A stretch of DNA of 64,000 bases from the human T2T-CHM13v2.0 reference genome, Homo sapiens. The position numbers and the translations under genes are program-made. Each line of letters opens with the position of its first letter. Positions within the stretch are counted from its first letter, which is position 1. Location of the stretch: NCBI RefSeq assembly GCF_009914755.1, contig NC_060947.1, one strand, 5' to 3'. Below, piece after piece: positions 19,421-37,065 of this stretch. Below the pieces are notes generated by a model. It was not told where the DNA came from, searched no databases, and saw only the letters and a program-made list of their open reading frames with translations.

Positions 19421-19825
19421 AATCATATTTAATTCATTTAGCTTTCATCGTAATTACAGTCACACTTCACACACATGGGAATTAGGGAGCCAGGAAGAGT
19501 AATGCGGCAATGCCCTGTGTTCAGACCACTATTAATGGGTAGGCTTTGGGGATACTTTGCTTTTCTCTTTCACTAATGATGTCTGTCCATTTTCCCCGAG
19601 GATCTTTTCGGGAGCCTTCTGTGTGGTGGGCCCACTTACGACCTGAATCACCGCATTCACGCCAACAGTACCAACCCATAGGTATGCTTAGTCATCTGAT
19701 GACTCAGAGACAGGGGGTAGGCGGATGGAATGGAAGGATGAGTCTGGTCAGATGGTAAGAGATAGTACAATGACATGAAAAATAGCCACCACTGACCACT
19801 GGCAACCTGGCCTTGAGATCCCTAG

Positions 19826-20152
<327 letters not shown>

Positions 20153-21597
20153 TGAGCGCATAATTACAGACAGTCTTCACCTTTCCCAGAGGAAAACATA
20201 ACAGCCTATCCCAAGGTTTCGTAATAAAAGCGTAAAATTGTCATAAACCCACAGTAGGTGTTCAATAAATGCATACATCTTGTTCCCACACCCGAAAAAT
20301 CCTAGTTAGGAGGTGACCGAGGAGAGTTTACAACACAAATTGCACCTGAGGTTTTGCACACGAGTGAGTTTGATCCCTTTCCTCCAGAAGGCCGGCTACT
20401 CATTCAAAGGGCCCAGTTTGTTTCAAACTATTTTTGGAACTGTTTCAGAATTGCCTCCAAGCGCCTGTCTAGACCTTACCTTACACTGGCGCTATTTTGA
20501 GCTAAAAGCCATATTGATTAAATTGGCTTCTAAAGTTATCCCCCAGACTTGGCGCTGAAGGAGGCTTAGGTATTTCCAAAAATCCTAGCCTCTGCCTGGA
20601 AGGCTCCCCAGCTAAGGATGCAAGACAAGGACCAAGGACGACATTTCTTGAAAGATCCTGCCTCTGGGGATAGTTTCGGAAAGGAAGTGCTCAGGTTTGT
20701 GAGACAGCAGCAGGGCCCTGGGACCTTTCTCTGATGGGGGAATATCCCCCTCTAGGTCAGCACGCCCCATCACAGCACTGCATCTACTGTAGGTACCTCC
20801 AAAGTCACCCTTTCTATTTCACTCATGTTTCCCTTGAATTTACACTTTATATGTTGCTAGACCAAATCGGCGGAGGGGAAAAAATAACTCATGGAAACAT
20901 GATCTTTTTAGAAATGGCATTACTCAGAAAGCACAGCAGGGGTTTGGCTTATGGTACGGTGTTGTTTTCCTGCTTTGAGGCGCTGTTACAGATTCTTCTT
21001 CCCACTGTACAGCTTCCCGGCCTGACATGCTGCCTTGGGAAGTGCGTGAAAGTGAACGCAGCCTCCTCTTCCTCTTAGGAGTCCTCCGTTTCGTGTCTCT
21101 TACATCCTGAAAGGACCCAGCTCTCTGAGTCAGGCCGCGGCACTGCCCCTCCTAGCTCCAAATCCACATCTATTTCCCACTTCACTTTCTAAGTGGGATT
21201 TAGCTTAACACTGTGGAGCTTGGAGTATCACAGAGCTAATATGTAAGACCCAGGCTGGTCTTTCCTTCTCTGTCGGCACCTTGGAATTCTCTACTACCTT
21301 TCAGCCTGCCTCTCCGCTCCCCCCGCTTTTTTTTTACAGACATCTGCAATGCAGGCAAGTTCCAATATGAACATCTGTGGAACACAGCCTGAGAAGAGGA
21401 GATATAAAAGGATCTTAATTTTAGGGTGAAGGAGGAGAAGAATGGTTAAGAAGCGTCTCAATAACGTAAGCCACAACCTCAGGCTTTGAAAACAACATTA
21501 ACTGAGAACAGCTTTGAAAACAACAGTGAGATTTTCAACTCAATTCTTTTTCCCACAGGTCACTTATCTTGAATTCCAAAATGTTTACTTCTGCTAA

Positions 21598-21913
<316 letters not shown>

Positions 21914-22167
21914 TAGAGTGAGATTTTCAACCCAATTCTTTTTCCCCCATGTCACTTATCTTGAATTCCAAAATGTTTACTTCTGCTAAAGAATCTTTTT
22001 TTTTTCAGTGATATAAATTTGGAAGGTATGTCAATACTCTTATCCAGTGTAAAGTCCTATGACCCAAACACGTGCGTATTCGTCTCTCCTCCCCGCTACA
22101 CTTCCCTTGGGGAAGTACACACAACAAGGCAAACAAACACCTCTGACCACTTCTGAGGCAGCCTGTT

Positions 22168-22696
<529 letters not shown>

Positions 22697-23002
22697 TAGA
22701 TGTTTTGTCTTGCTACATCTCAAGCTTCATTACAGATCGAATTTACCCTCTTCCCTCAACTCTTCTTGCACAGAAGCTGAGGTTTCCAGGAGGCCCTCTC
22801 TACCCCTTGGGGGACCTTCCCCTTAAGTTTGGAAGCTGCCAAAACCATGTAAAGGAGATTTTAGGAGGGTCTTTGCACTATATGGGATCCCAAGAAAAAT
22901 GCATTTAGGGCCACTTTTTCAGCAGCTTCGCTTTAAGGTTCATTTTTTTTTTTTTTAAGACTCATAAAAATCTTTACAGTTTGGAACACATAAAATATAT
23001 TG

Positions 23003-23308
<306 letters not shown>

Positions 23309-23480
23309 TTAAAAATGGAAACCTGTGTGAGCAGTGTCTAGAAACAGATAATTAGCAGTTATTCTGTAATCAATTTTTTAAAAACTTTAAAGAGAATGAT
23401 TAATTTTAAACCCTAAAGGAGAGTTGCAAGTAGAAATATAATTTAAAACTTTTGTGTAATATCACTGCAATGGATGTGAG

Positions 23481-23484
<4 letters not shown>

Positions 23485-23517
<33 letters not shown>
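23485..23517 (+). repeat. (CA)n microsatellite
   Basis: Direct inspection. Confidence 0.95.
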
Positions 23518-23519
<2 letters not shown>

Positions 23520-24009
23520 CATAAACACACATGTGTGCCACAGGTCCGTTGGTAAAAGCTTGGTTACTGATGATTGAGTTTTTTTCTTTTATTCTTGGGG
23601 AAGTTACATAACCTGTTTTTTTCCAGCCTTATTTTTCCATTCTGTGTAATTGGGATACTAATTATATTCATGTTGCTGTCAGGAGGGTAAAATACAATGT
23701 ATATAATATTATTTTCACTCCAGATCTGGTGTTTAGTAAAACACTCAGCAACTATTAGGTGTAATTGTTATTTATAGGAAACTGTAGGTCTTTTGACAGT
23801 AATCATAACCACCCTTGCATGTGTGGGTTGTCCATAGAAAATTAAGATAATAGCGCAGAGGTTTCTGTCTCATCATGCTCTTCCCAGCTTCACTGAGATT
23901 GTCCTTTTTTCCAGTCAGGGCTTATCTTTCTAGGTTCCAGGAAAGCATCCTGAGGGATCATGCTGCTGTTTTAATACTCATATCTTCTTTAGGTGTGAAA
24001 TACCCAAAC

Positions 24010-24295
24010 GGGCCAGGAGCAGTGGCCCACACCTGTCATCCCAGCACTTTGGGAGGCTGAGGTTGGAGGATCACGAGGTTAGGAGTTTGAGACCAGCCTG
24101 GCCAACATGGGTGAAACCCCATCTCTACTAAAAATACAAAAATTAGCCAGGCATGGTGGCACGTGCCGGTAATCCCAGCTACTCAGGAGGCTGAGGCAGG
24201 AGAATCGCTTGAACCTGGGAGGCAGAGGTTGTAGTGAGCCGAGACTGCGCCACTGCCCTCCAGCCTGGGCGACGGAGCAAGACTCCATCTCAGAA

Positions 24296-24328
<33 letters not shown>

Positions 24329-24347
24329 GAAAAAAGAAAGAAAAGAA
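24010..24347 (+). mobile_element. Alu with long A/GAAAA tail
   Basis: Alu consensus; TSD gaaatacccaaa. Confidence 0.95.
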
Positions 24348-24519
24348 ATACCCAAATGGTCACCATGATCTAAGCACTCCCTTGGAGAACTGATGGATGT
24401 CAGTGTGCACTGATGGACATAAAACAGGACCACAGAGAAGAGTCACACTTGTAGAAAGAAATGCCCCCCAATCTCTAGCCAAAAGCTCCAAGTGGGAGTC
24501 TGTGTCACTTCCAGTGACA

Positions 24520-24660
24520 ACTCTGCACTGACTCACTGCGTGACCTTGGGCAAGAAGCACTTCTACCTGCCTTGGTTTGTGGACCTGAAACAGGGATGTT
24601 AGCACCAACCTGGCATCTTCCCAGGACAGTGGCGCAGATCTGGAGGAACACCTCACGGGA
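24520..24660. mobile_element. MIR fragment
   Basis: ctctgcactgactcactgcgtgaccttgggcaag MIR core-like motif. Confidence 0.55.
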
Positions 24661-26257
24661 AGGTCTTTTGTAGATCACACAGGAGGCTACACAGACATGA
24701 GTTACTGTGATTTCCTTTTGTCTAAAGGTTTCTTTCTGGTTCTAGCCTTGTCTATCTGGGGGAAGGAGACTATCTGTGATGGAGATGAGCGTTCTTTTCC
24801 AAGAGCGTTAATTAGCTGTTCACTTTGTGACTTCGTGAGCGCCCTACCATTTGAATTCTGAATCCCTGCGTTTTGTTCTCATTTGGTGATGAGCCTTTCA
24901 GCAGACATGGTAGTGACTATTAAGTAGGCATTTTAATGCAATCGTTCATAGAATCAATATGTAGACGGCTAGTTTCTAATTTATGAGAAGGCATTCTCTG
25001 GGAAATTGAATAAACAGTGCTCGATTGGAATATGGAAATTTTATATAAGAAAAATAATCCGAGAGAGGCTGAGAATGTACAAGCTCTAAGGAATCATCAG
25101 ATGTGAACAGGACTTCAGCTATCATGTTTAGGGTGAGCTTCGTTAGTGGCTCACATCTAGTTTCAGCTGCAACTGTATTTTCATATCGTTCCCAGGCAAG
25201 CCCCGCGAGTGACTGACTCCACGACCCTGTTTCTTCCCAAACCCTCACCTGAGAAACAGGCTTCTTGGATTAAATCTTCCTTTTCCTATTCGACTAGCCC
25301 GGTGGGTTTGTGCTTGGCGTAACTTTGGGCCCCCTGGGTGGGATGTGCTTGCGTGAAGCTCCAGTAGCTTTTCCTCTGTGCCGGGAATAATTTGCAAAGC
25401 GTCCTATTTTGGATTTTCATAATCAAGCTTCTACCCCGTTTCTTTTCAGTTAATTTAATACCTGGAGCACACGCAGTACTTCAAAAATATTGGTCCGTTC
25501 TGGTGTCAGAGAGTCTTTTTGGACTGAGATGTAAAAGTCCTACATTTGGGTATGTGAGCTGGGAGTTGGGGGGCCAGGCTGAGGAGAAGCAACAAATTCC
25601 AGAGACAAACTTGGCATCTTGGGAGATGTAATACACGCACCCAGCCACAGAGTCCCAGGAGAATGTATTTTAATGGAGAATGTGGAGGGACTTTGCAAAT
25701 GTTTTCATTTTCTCAAATCATATCTGTTATCCTGAAAGTGGTGTCTGTTCCCCCTAACGCCCCCCCGCTCCCTCCCCAACCCTTTGCAGACACTGGCATC
25801 TGTGGACATGAGTTAGGTGCTGCAGTACCACTCACTGTGTCAACTACAGTATTAACTACGGAAAACACACACACAGTCACAGTCACACTGACACTCACAC
25901 CCTAACCATCCCAAATCAGACATTTGCAGTCCCACGGGATTTCCAAAGATTCCCCGGACAAGCAATCTATAGATTATCCTGGGACCAGAAAAAAAAAAGT
26001 CCTAGGATTTTTAGTTTCCTTAACCCTCAAGTGGCTGGAAACTGTTAATCAGAGAGGAATGAACATAAATAACACCAAGCCGAGCTCCGTCTGATCCGAA
26101 GTGAGCCCCCAAACAGCTTCTGTCTGCCCTGATTACCAAAGGAAGCCATGCCCACGCATAAATTGGCAGTCTATTTAAACTGGGTGTTCTTCCTCACAGT
26201 TTTTTTTTTTTCCCAGAGAAATATTCAAAGGCAGGCATTTTTCTGGCTAAGAAGATA

Positions 26258-26263
26258 TTTATT
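26258..26263 (-). terminator. Candidate polyadenylation signal (AATAAA) for the minus-strand microprotein transcript
   Basis: Plus-strand tttatt about 860 nt downstream of the stop codon; ATTAAA variants further down near 25454 and 24932. Confidence 0.4.
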
Positions 26264-26589
26264 TAAGTCACAGATTGCTTCACCTTCCCAAACTTGCCCG
26301 GCACACTTGGTGTAGGGCAAAGCCTCATCCTTGTCACATCTGTCCCTCTCCCCTCTGGAGCAGGGGCCAGAGGACTTTGGAGGACACCTACTCCCCCCAC
26401 CCCCAAGGCTTCGGCTTCCCAGGGGGGGCTTGGCAGTGTGAGAAAGGCAAACCGCCTTCCGACCTGGTTGAAATTTTGTTTCCCATTGCTCCCTAGAGGT
26501 GTCCCTTGGCCGTGGATAACGCTCACTCTGTTCCTAGCCTCGCGCTCACCGTGTTTGTCCATGGAGGTTATAGGGAACTTGAGTGCGGG

Positions 26590-27900
26590 GTCCCCACCGC
26601 CGGAGCAGAGGGCTAGGGACCCGATAGCGCCTGGTGTGCCATAGCGCATTGGACCCACCCGAGAGCCCGCGTTCTGCTGCACCGGTGGCGGCCACAGGCG
26701 GGAGCGCCTATGCGCCTTGGACCCAAGGCGCCCAGGGGGTGGGTGGGACGGACCTGGAGGGGGTACAGGGGGGGCCTGCGCCCACCTCTCTGCACGCGCA
26801 TCTGCCGCTTCCCGTGCCCCATAGGGGAGCCCCGGGCTCCGTGAATCCTCGGGTTCAGTCCCGCGTCCGGATTCCGCGTCCTCCCCGAAGTTGGGGCTCC
26901 CCAACCGTGGCCCCCCAAAGCGCCCGCACGAGCGCACTCACCCGCTCTCCCCGGTGCGTCCCTGAAGGTCAAGGCCAGGAGGCGGTGGAGGTGCAGGGCG
27001 GGCGGTGGGGCCCGGAGTAGGGGGCGCGGGCGCCGAGCTGGGGGGCACCGCGGGACGGCTCAGTCCCCATGGCCCTGGCGCTGGGGGCGCCCCCCGCCTG
27101 GCGACCCCGGGGGTCCGCGGCGCTCAGATGCCGTGGTCACAGTCCACATCGCGGCAGATGTACCAGAGGATCACGTAGAGGATGAGGAGGATGGCGAAGA
27201 TGAAGAGGGCCACCAGGATCGCCTTGGTCACCGGCGAGATGAGAGACTGCATGGCCCCAGCGGGGCGCGCGGGAGGGCGGGGGGCGCGCGGGGGCGCGGG
27301 GCGCGGCGCTCACGACCCCCGAGCGCGCCCGGAGCCCCGCGCCGGCCCCGCGCCGCATCCGCAATGCTCCGTGCCCGGGACAGACGCTGCCTGGGTGGCT
27401 GCTCGGCGGCGGCGGTGGTGGCAGTGGTGGCTGCTCGGAGGCCGGCGCGCTCGGGTGCAGGCGGCTGCGCGCGGGGCTCCCACCGCCCGGGTCCCCCCAG
27501 CTGCTGGCGCTCACCGGGCCCGGCGGCCGCTGGGCTGGGCTGGGGGCACGGGGGGCCCTGGGGGCGGCCGGGAGGAGGGGGCGGCGGCCATGGGGGAGAG
27601 CTGGAGGAAGGCGGCGCGCCGGGCAAGTCCCCCGAAAACTTGGGGCGGAGGCGGCGCGGTGACAGGTGGAAACGCCAGCCCCGCGGGCAGCAGCGCGCAG
27701 CCGTCCACTGGCGGCGGGGGGCGCGGGGGCGCGGGAGGGAGGCGCGGGGGCGAGCGCGCGGGGAGGGGCTGCGGCACTGGGCGGGGGGCCTCCCTTTGCA
27801 GATGGGGAGGGTCGGGGGAGAGCAGGCGTCCCCGACTGCGCGCCTTTCCATCACCTCTCCCACCTCTCTGCTTTTCCCGGCCCCCTCTCTCCAGCGCAGC
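26590..27900. promoter_or_regulatory. CpG island containing the microprotein ORF and its probable promoter/5' leader
   Basis: Very GC-rich, dense unmutated CpG, multiple GGGCGG/GGGGCG boxes, no interspersed repeats. Confidence 0.85.
27124..27252 (-). CDS. Candidate 42-aa single-pass transmembrane microprotein (MQSLISPVTKAILVALFIFAILLILYVILWYICRDVDCDHGI)
   Basis: Read by hand on the minus strand: gggGCC ATG CAG TCT CTC ATC ... CAC GGC ATC TGA. There is a 22-residue uncharged hydrophobic run (A11-I32) bounded by K10 and C33-R34. 39/42 codons end in G/C and none in A, and 22/42 have T at position 2, although the flanks are T-poor. In-frame TGA upstream at 27310-27312; located within a CpG island. 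Confidence 0.8.
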   Translation of the reverse strand: MQSLISPVTKAILVALFIFAILLILYVILWYICRDVDCDHGI

Positions 27901-29404
27901 GGTGGATATCTCTCTCGTCCAGGTCTTGCATCTCACCCCTTCTTTGGGAGTCCCCTTCCTTTCCTCTTTTCCTCACTCTCACCCTGCACCCCGGTATGGG
28001 TGAGCTGCGATATTCTCATCAAAGAATGAAGGTGCTCATGGAGAGAAGCTGCCCCTTCTCTCTTTCTCTCTCTCTCTCTGTGTCTCTTGTACAGGGAAGG
28101 GGGTTTCAAGTTGCAACTAACTCATTGCTGATACCAAGCAGGATGGGCCCAGGCAGGAAAAAAGTACACACCCTTGCCCAGAGTCACAGCTTCTATAAGG
28201 GGAAGGGGGAGACTGGGTTCTGTGATGAAGGGGTGAGGCAGACGTCTTGGTGTGAGACTCAGTCCCGTGATAAAGGGGCGATGCACACAGACGCCTTAGT
28301 GTAAGGATCCAGGTTTCTGCCCTCGCATCACAGAAAGCCCTCCACCCCACGTTTGTCCCTTACTCTCTGGGGCTTAGCCCTGGGGAATGGAGAGACAGGC
28401 ATGGTGGCACGTGGGTGCACACACATTTTTCCTGAAGTGTGAGCTGTGTTTAGGGCTGATGTCTGGTGGAGACACGAACAGGTCAGGGCACAGCACAGAA
28501 GGCCGAAGGAGCCCAAATTCTTGGGAAAGGAGGTAGTTCCTCCCTAGCTGGGCATCCTGAATACTCTCTTTAAGGGAGGGAGGGAGCTGGGGCTGTTGGA
28601 CAGGGGCATAGGGCTTGCACCAGGAATCCATGACATGGTAAGAACAGGGACCACCCAGTTTCCCAGCAAATACACAATTCAGGCCTTTCATGCCCTGATT
28701 TTTGTCTCCGCTCCCTGTGGCCCCTAACACCGGTGAGCAGGAGCTGTTCCACGATGCCTGGTAGAAGTCTTCGCCTGCCTGCAGTGACACACTACTGAGG
28801 GAAAATTTTATACCTGCATGCAGTGACCCCAGCACCGATGCCCCATGGTTCTGGGAGACAGAAAGAGCTTCAGGGTTGGAGAGCCTTTGTCTGAGAGCCT
28901 GGCTCCCGAGGGTAAGGCATTCCTGACCTTCAGAAACAGGAACAAAGGAGAAGATAGGACCTGACCCAGGTAAAAATAGCCTCCCCTGCTATGGTCTAGG
29001 ATGGATTTGCAGCTGAGGAAGGATGCCAGGAAAATGGACCATGATATCAGAGGGCTGTGTGGGTCGGGGAAAAAGGAATTCATCAAGCACTAAAGTGGCG
29101 ATGCAATCTCTCCTCTGCACCCTTCTACCCGGTGTTTCCATTCCAGAGACAGCTCTTCCCCCAGGATGACACAGGTGGGAGGGAGGAGACCCTCTTCCTG
29201 CTGACGGCAAAGAGAAGAGCCCACCTCAGGGTCTCCCAGCAGATAGCCGGGTGGCTGGCGTGGCTTTCCCTTGAATCTGCAGTCTGTGAAAGGTTTTCGA
29301 GCAGAAGTGGGGAGCAAGGGAACAGTTTTGTAGATGGCATGACCCATGCCAGCAAGGCTTGCAGCCAGGCAGCTTCTTCTTGCCACTTTAGAGAGGAAAT
29401 CAAT

Positions 29405-29460
29405 TGTGTGTGTGTGCGCGCGCGCGTACCCGTGTGTGTGGGTGGGTGTGTGTGCACGTG
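29405..29460 (+). repeat. (TG)n(CG)n alternating purine-pyrimidine tract
   Basis: tgtgtgtgtgtgcgcgcgcgcgta...; Z-DNA-prone. Confidence 0.85.
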
Positions 29461-29820
29461 CCCACACAGTGCATGAAAAGGTCCTCGCTCAGCGATAGTG
29501 TGTACATTTCCAGGGCAGCAGCTTCTAACTTTCAATTGAACCTGCGTTTCCAGCCTCTAGCTGTTCATCGGCTGAGAGAAGATGGATAATTGAATTTCTA
29601 TACTTCCACTTCTCTGCACATGAAGAGTTGGTATTCCTCAGGGGAATTCCTCAGGGGAAGAAACACCAAAGTTTCAGACAGTTTGTAAACTTACTTTTGT
29701 CTGTACAATTTATCAGACACCCACAGTGAAGCCAAGAGCAAAAAGAACATCCAGATGGAAAGGTATAAGGCAGGTGTCAGAGCCAATACACCACGATTCC
29801 TTTCTCACAAATAGAATTTG

Positions 29821-30127
<307 letters not shown>

Positions 30128-30149
30128 TGATTTTTAATGTAGGAAGACA

Positions 30150-31520
<1,371 letters not shown>

Positions 31521-31522
31521 AG

Positions 31523-31730
31523 TGGCTGAGTGCAGTGGCTCATGCCGGTAATCCCAGCACTTTGGGAGGCCGAGGCAGGTGAATTGTTTGAGGTCAGGAG
31601 TTCGAGACCAGCCTGACCAACATGGTGAATCCAAGAGGTGGAGGTTGCAGTGAGCCAAGATTGCGCCACTGCACTCCAGCCTGGGCAACAGAGCGAGAGT
31701 CTGTCTCAAAAATAAAAATAAAAATAAAAT
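31523..31730 (+). mobile_element. Alu with internal deletion
   Basis: Left arm joins right arm at aacatggtgaa|tccaagaggtggagg. Confidence 0.9.
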
Positions 31731-32002
31731 GCTGTTTCTGCCACTTAATCCTTCAGTCATGTACATATCCTTCATTTTCCTCATCCCTGAGTGACTTCTT
31801 GAACTAAATATGGTGGGAAGGCAATGTTTCAGGGCAGCCACTCTCCCTAGAGTGAATTATTTTAGAATCAGAGAAGTGGTTGCTTCCTAAATCACAATGT
31901 GTGAACTACTAAACGCTCTCTCCATATGTGGCTTGTGGTTGTTTGGTCCTGAGATACAGAGCTTCTAACGTGGACGGTAATCTATTGATTTACTATCAGT
32001 GA

Positions 32003-32384
<382 letters not shown>

Positions 32385-32920
32385 TAGAAACTCATGGACA
32401 AGATGAACCATGAGCCCTGGGGCAGGCAGATGAGGACAGGAAAAGTTCCCCATTGACTAATTCATTCCTGGGTGATTAGAAGTATTGGAAGGATTTTATC
32501 ACTTCTGATTGGCTCAGTATCTGTGTGAGTAAGAGCTGCTCATGGGCTGACCAGAATCTGCTCCAGGTGGACAGCTATCTCTGGGTCTGTTTACTGAAGA
32601 AACGTGTGTACTTTCTTGAATGTGCTACAACTCTTCAGGGTATCCCTGGAGAACTTTGGGATAGGTCCAGCATTCCATGTAGAAGATGGAACATCTTTCC
32701 CAAGAGTTTTTGGATCGTGTCTATCTCTGGCTTGACTCAATTGCCTAAAGTAATTGAATAATAAGTGCTTTTCCTCTGCTTCACTTTGAATGCTGAAACA
32801 TGCGTTTTGTTTTTTAACCAGAGGAAACTTGCCCAAATTCTTGACAATCCTGGGCTCCTTTGGAGGATTGAAAATCTTGGGTCCTGGCTCTGTCTCCTGG
32901 ATCTGCACGTTGGGTCATCA

Positions 32921-33339
<419 letters not shown>

Positions 33340-33493
33340 TCAAGATTTGGAAAAAATCTTGGTCAAAATCAGGATTTTGACTACTGTTTCTCCATGCCCT
33401 GCTCACATGAGAAACCCTCTCTCCCTCCAAGGCTCCAACTCTGTAATCACTTCTCATTCCCAAATCTGTGGGTCAAATCAAGGTCAAAAATCA

Positions 33494-33928
<435 letters not shown>

Positions 33929-34406
33929 CTAATGTGTTATTATTTTTAGTGAGGTTAAGTCTACAGGTTAACTGAGGCATAAACAGACTTGCTATATTTG
34001 CTAATTTAGGCAAAACACAAAGCCAATGATAAAAACCGATAAAACCCAATGGACGAAAACGGATGTTTCCGTAATAGCAGGAGTCGCTTAGAGGTTCAAA
34101 AGCATTTTACCTTCTTAGTTCATGGTTTCTGCTTTTCTTTAGTCTGCCAGTGTTGTTGTCTTTGGGATATGTCTTTTTACTATTTGCTCAGATTATTTCA
34201 AATATGATAGTGGGTAGTGTTGTGTGAAATAGCTAAGATTTTATGTAGATGCTATTAATAAATTTAAACTAACATTTTAGGTGTCCAGCATTTTTTATCT
34301 ATGAACAGAGCAGCTAACACTAGAAAGAGTTCTCTTTACAGGGAAGCAGATGTAACCCACCTGCTTTTTAGAATGGGGTGGTTTTACAAGGAAACATCTC
34401 TCTAGG

Positions 34407-34703
<297 letters not shown>

Positions 34704-35024
34704 GGAAACATCTCTCAAGTTCCTAAGGTAACTGCTTTGTTCCAAAACATAGATTCATTAAACTCAGTGTGTGTGAAAACTAGTAATAAGTTAGCAGAGC
34801 TGATGGGGACTTCAGACTTTAGTGTATGTTTTTTACTACCTTATTCCAGCAAATATGGGTTGGCGACAAAACCACAGAAACGATAGAAGAAAGGACATTT
34901 TATTTTTAAAATAGCAGAGTGGGAGCCAGTCAGCCATGGATTCAGATGACGAAAACAACCAAAGAAATGTGCACAAACTCTCACAGTGTTATTTCAACAA
35001 AGTATATATTTACAGATTGTCTAA

Positions 35025-35410
<386 letters not shown>

Positions 35411-35819
35411 GTCTATTCTTTGTAACAATCATGTGCCTTGATTTAAGAATTCCCATGTGCTCAAGCTTCTTGACCATCAGAGTGATTGTAAGATAAAGTA
35501 AGAATGAGACACCTTGAGGTCTCATTCAGGCCAGTGGGGATGTGTGGGGAAAACAAACAAACAAACCAAAAAAACAGGAAATATGGGTTAGTCACTAACC
35601 CTTTAATGGTGTTTCCTGTGTGTTAAAACTTTTTACGTAGAGCCACTGCCTCTCAGGTAGGCAGGACTGTGTCCTTTGTCAAATGAAATAGTGGGGGCAG
35701 CAAGTTGAAATCACCTGTGTGATTTAAACCCATGCATTACTTGGGGGAGAACTGTTGACATAATTCAGTGTCAACAGGGGAAGGAACATGTTCTCTTTCC
35801 AGAAGGGTATAAAGGTACT

Positions 35820-36149
<330 letters not shown>

Positions 36150-36583
36150 TCAGACCAGCTAAAATCACATGTATATGTGGGTCAAACATAAATGTGGTGT
36201 TTGAAATGTCCCTTTTCTTTGACACAAAACTTCATTTTTCAAGTATAAAGCCCGATTTTGATGCCCATTTGCGGTGTGCAAGTCCTCATTATTCCAATGC
36301 TTCAGAGTCCGTGTTACAGGCAGAAATGTAAATATTTATTCTGTAATCGTCCTTTAATTTTTTTTTGTTCTTTCCTGCATCACAAAGTTTTTGACTGGCT
36401 GTTTCGGAAGACTATGTGATAGTTTCCTTTAACAGGGGGAGAAGAGCCCTTCATGATGGCGCTGAAGAATGATGATGCCTGTGTGTGTGCGGACCTGACC
36501 AAATTCTCAGGTTTGGGGTTACCCTCTAGATAAAGATTCTGATGGGGAGAGGGAGCTGTGATTTAGTTAATGCTTATCTGACT

Positions 36584-36597
36584 GCGCCACCTACCGG
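36584..36597 (-). promoter_or_regulatory. CTCF core motif
   Basis: Minus strand CCGGTAGGTGGCGC fits CCRSYAGRKGGCRS with CpGs preserved in otherwise CpG-poor unique DNA. Confidence 0.55.
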
Positions 36598-36638
36598 CTC
36601 GGCAGGGAATATGCTGCCTGCCTCTGAGGTTTTCACCG

Positions 36639-37065
<427 letters not shown>

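Noticed and set aside
27133-28029. 298-aa and other long ORFs over the 27-kb CpG island (both strands)
   Set aside because: Gly/Arg/Ala/Pro-rich products expected from stop-poor GC DNA, mostly with non-ATG starts. The acidic EDEEDGEDEE stretch is simply the antisense of the hydrophobic microprotein codons.
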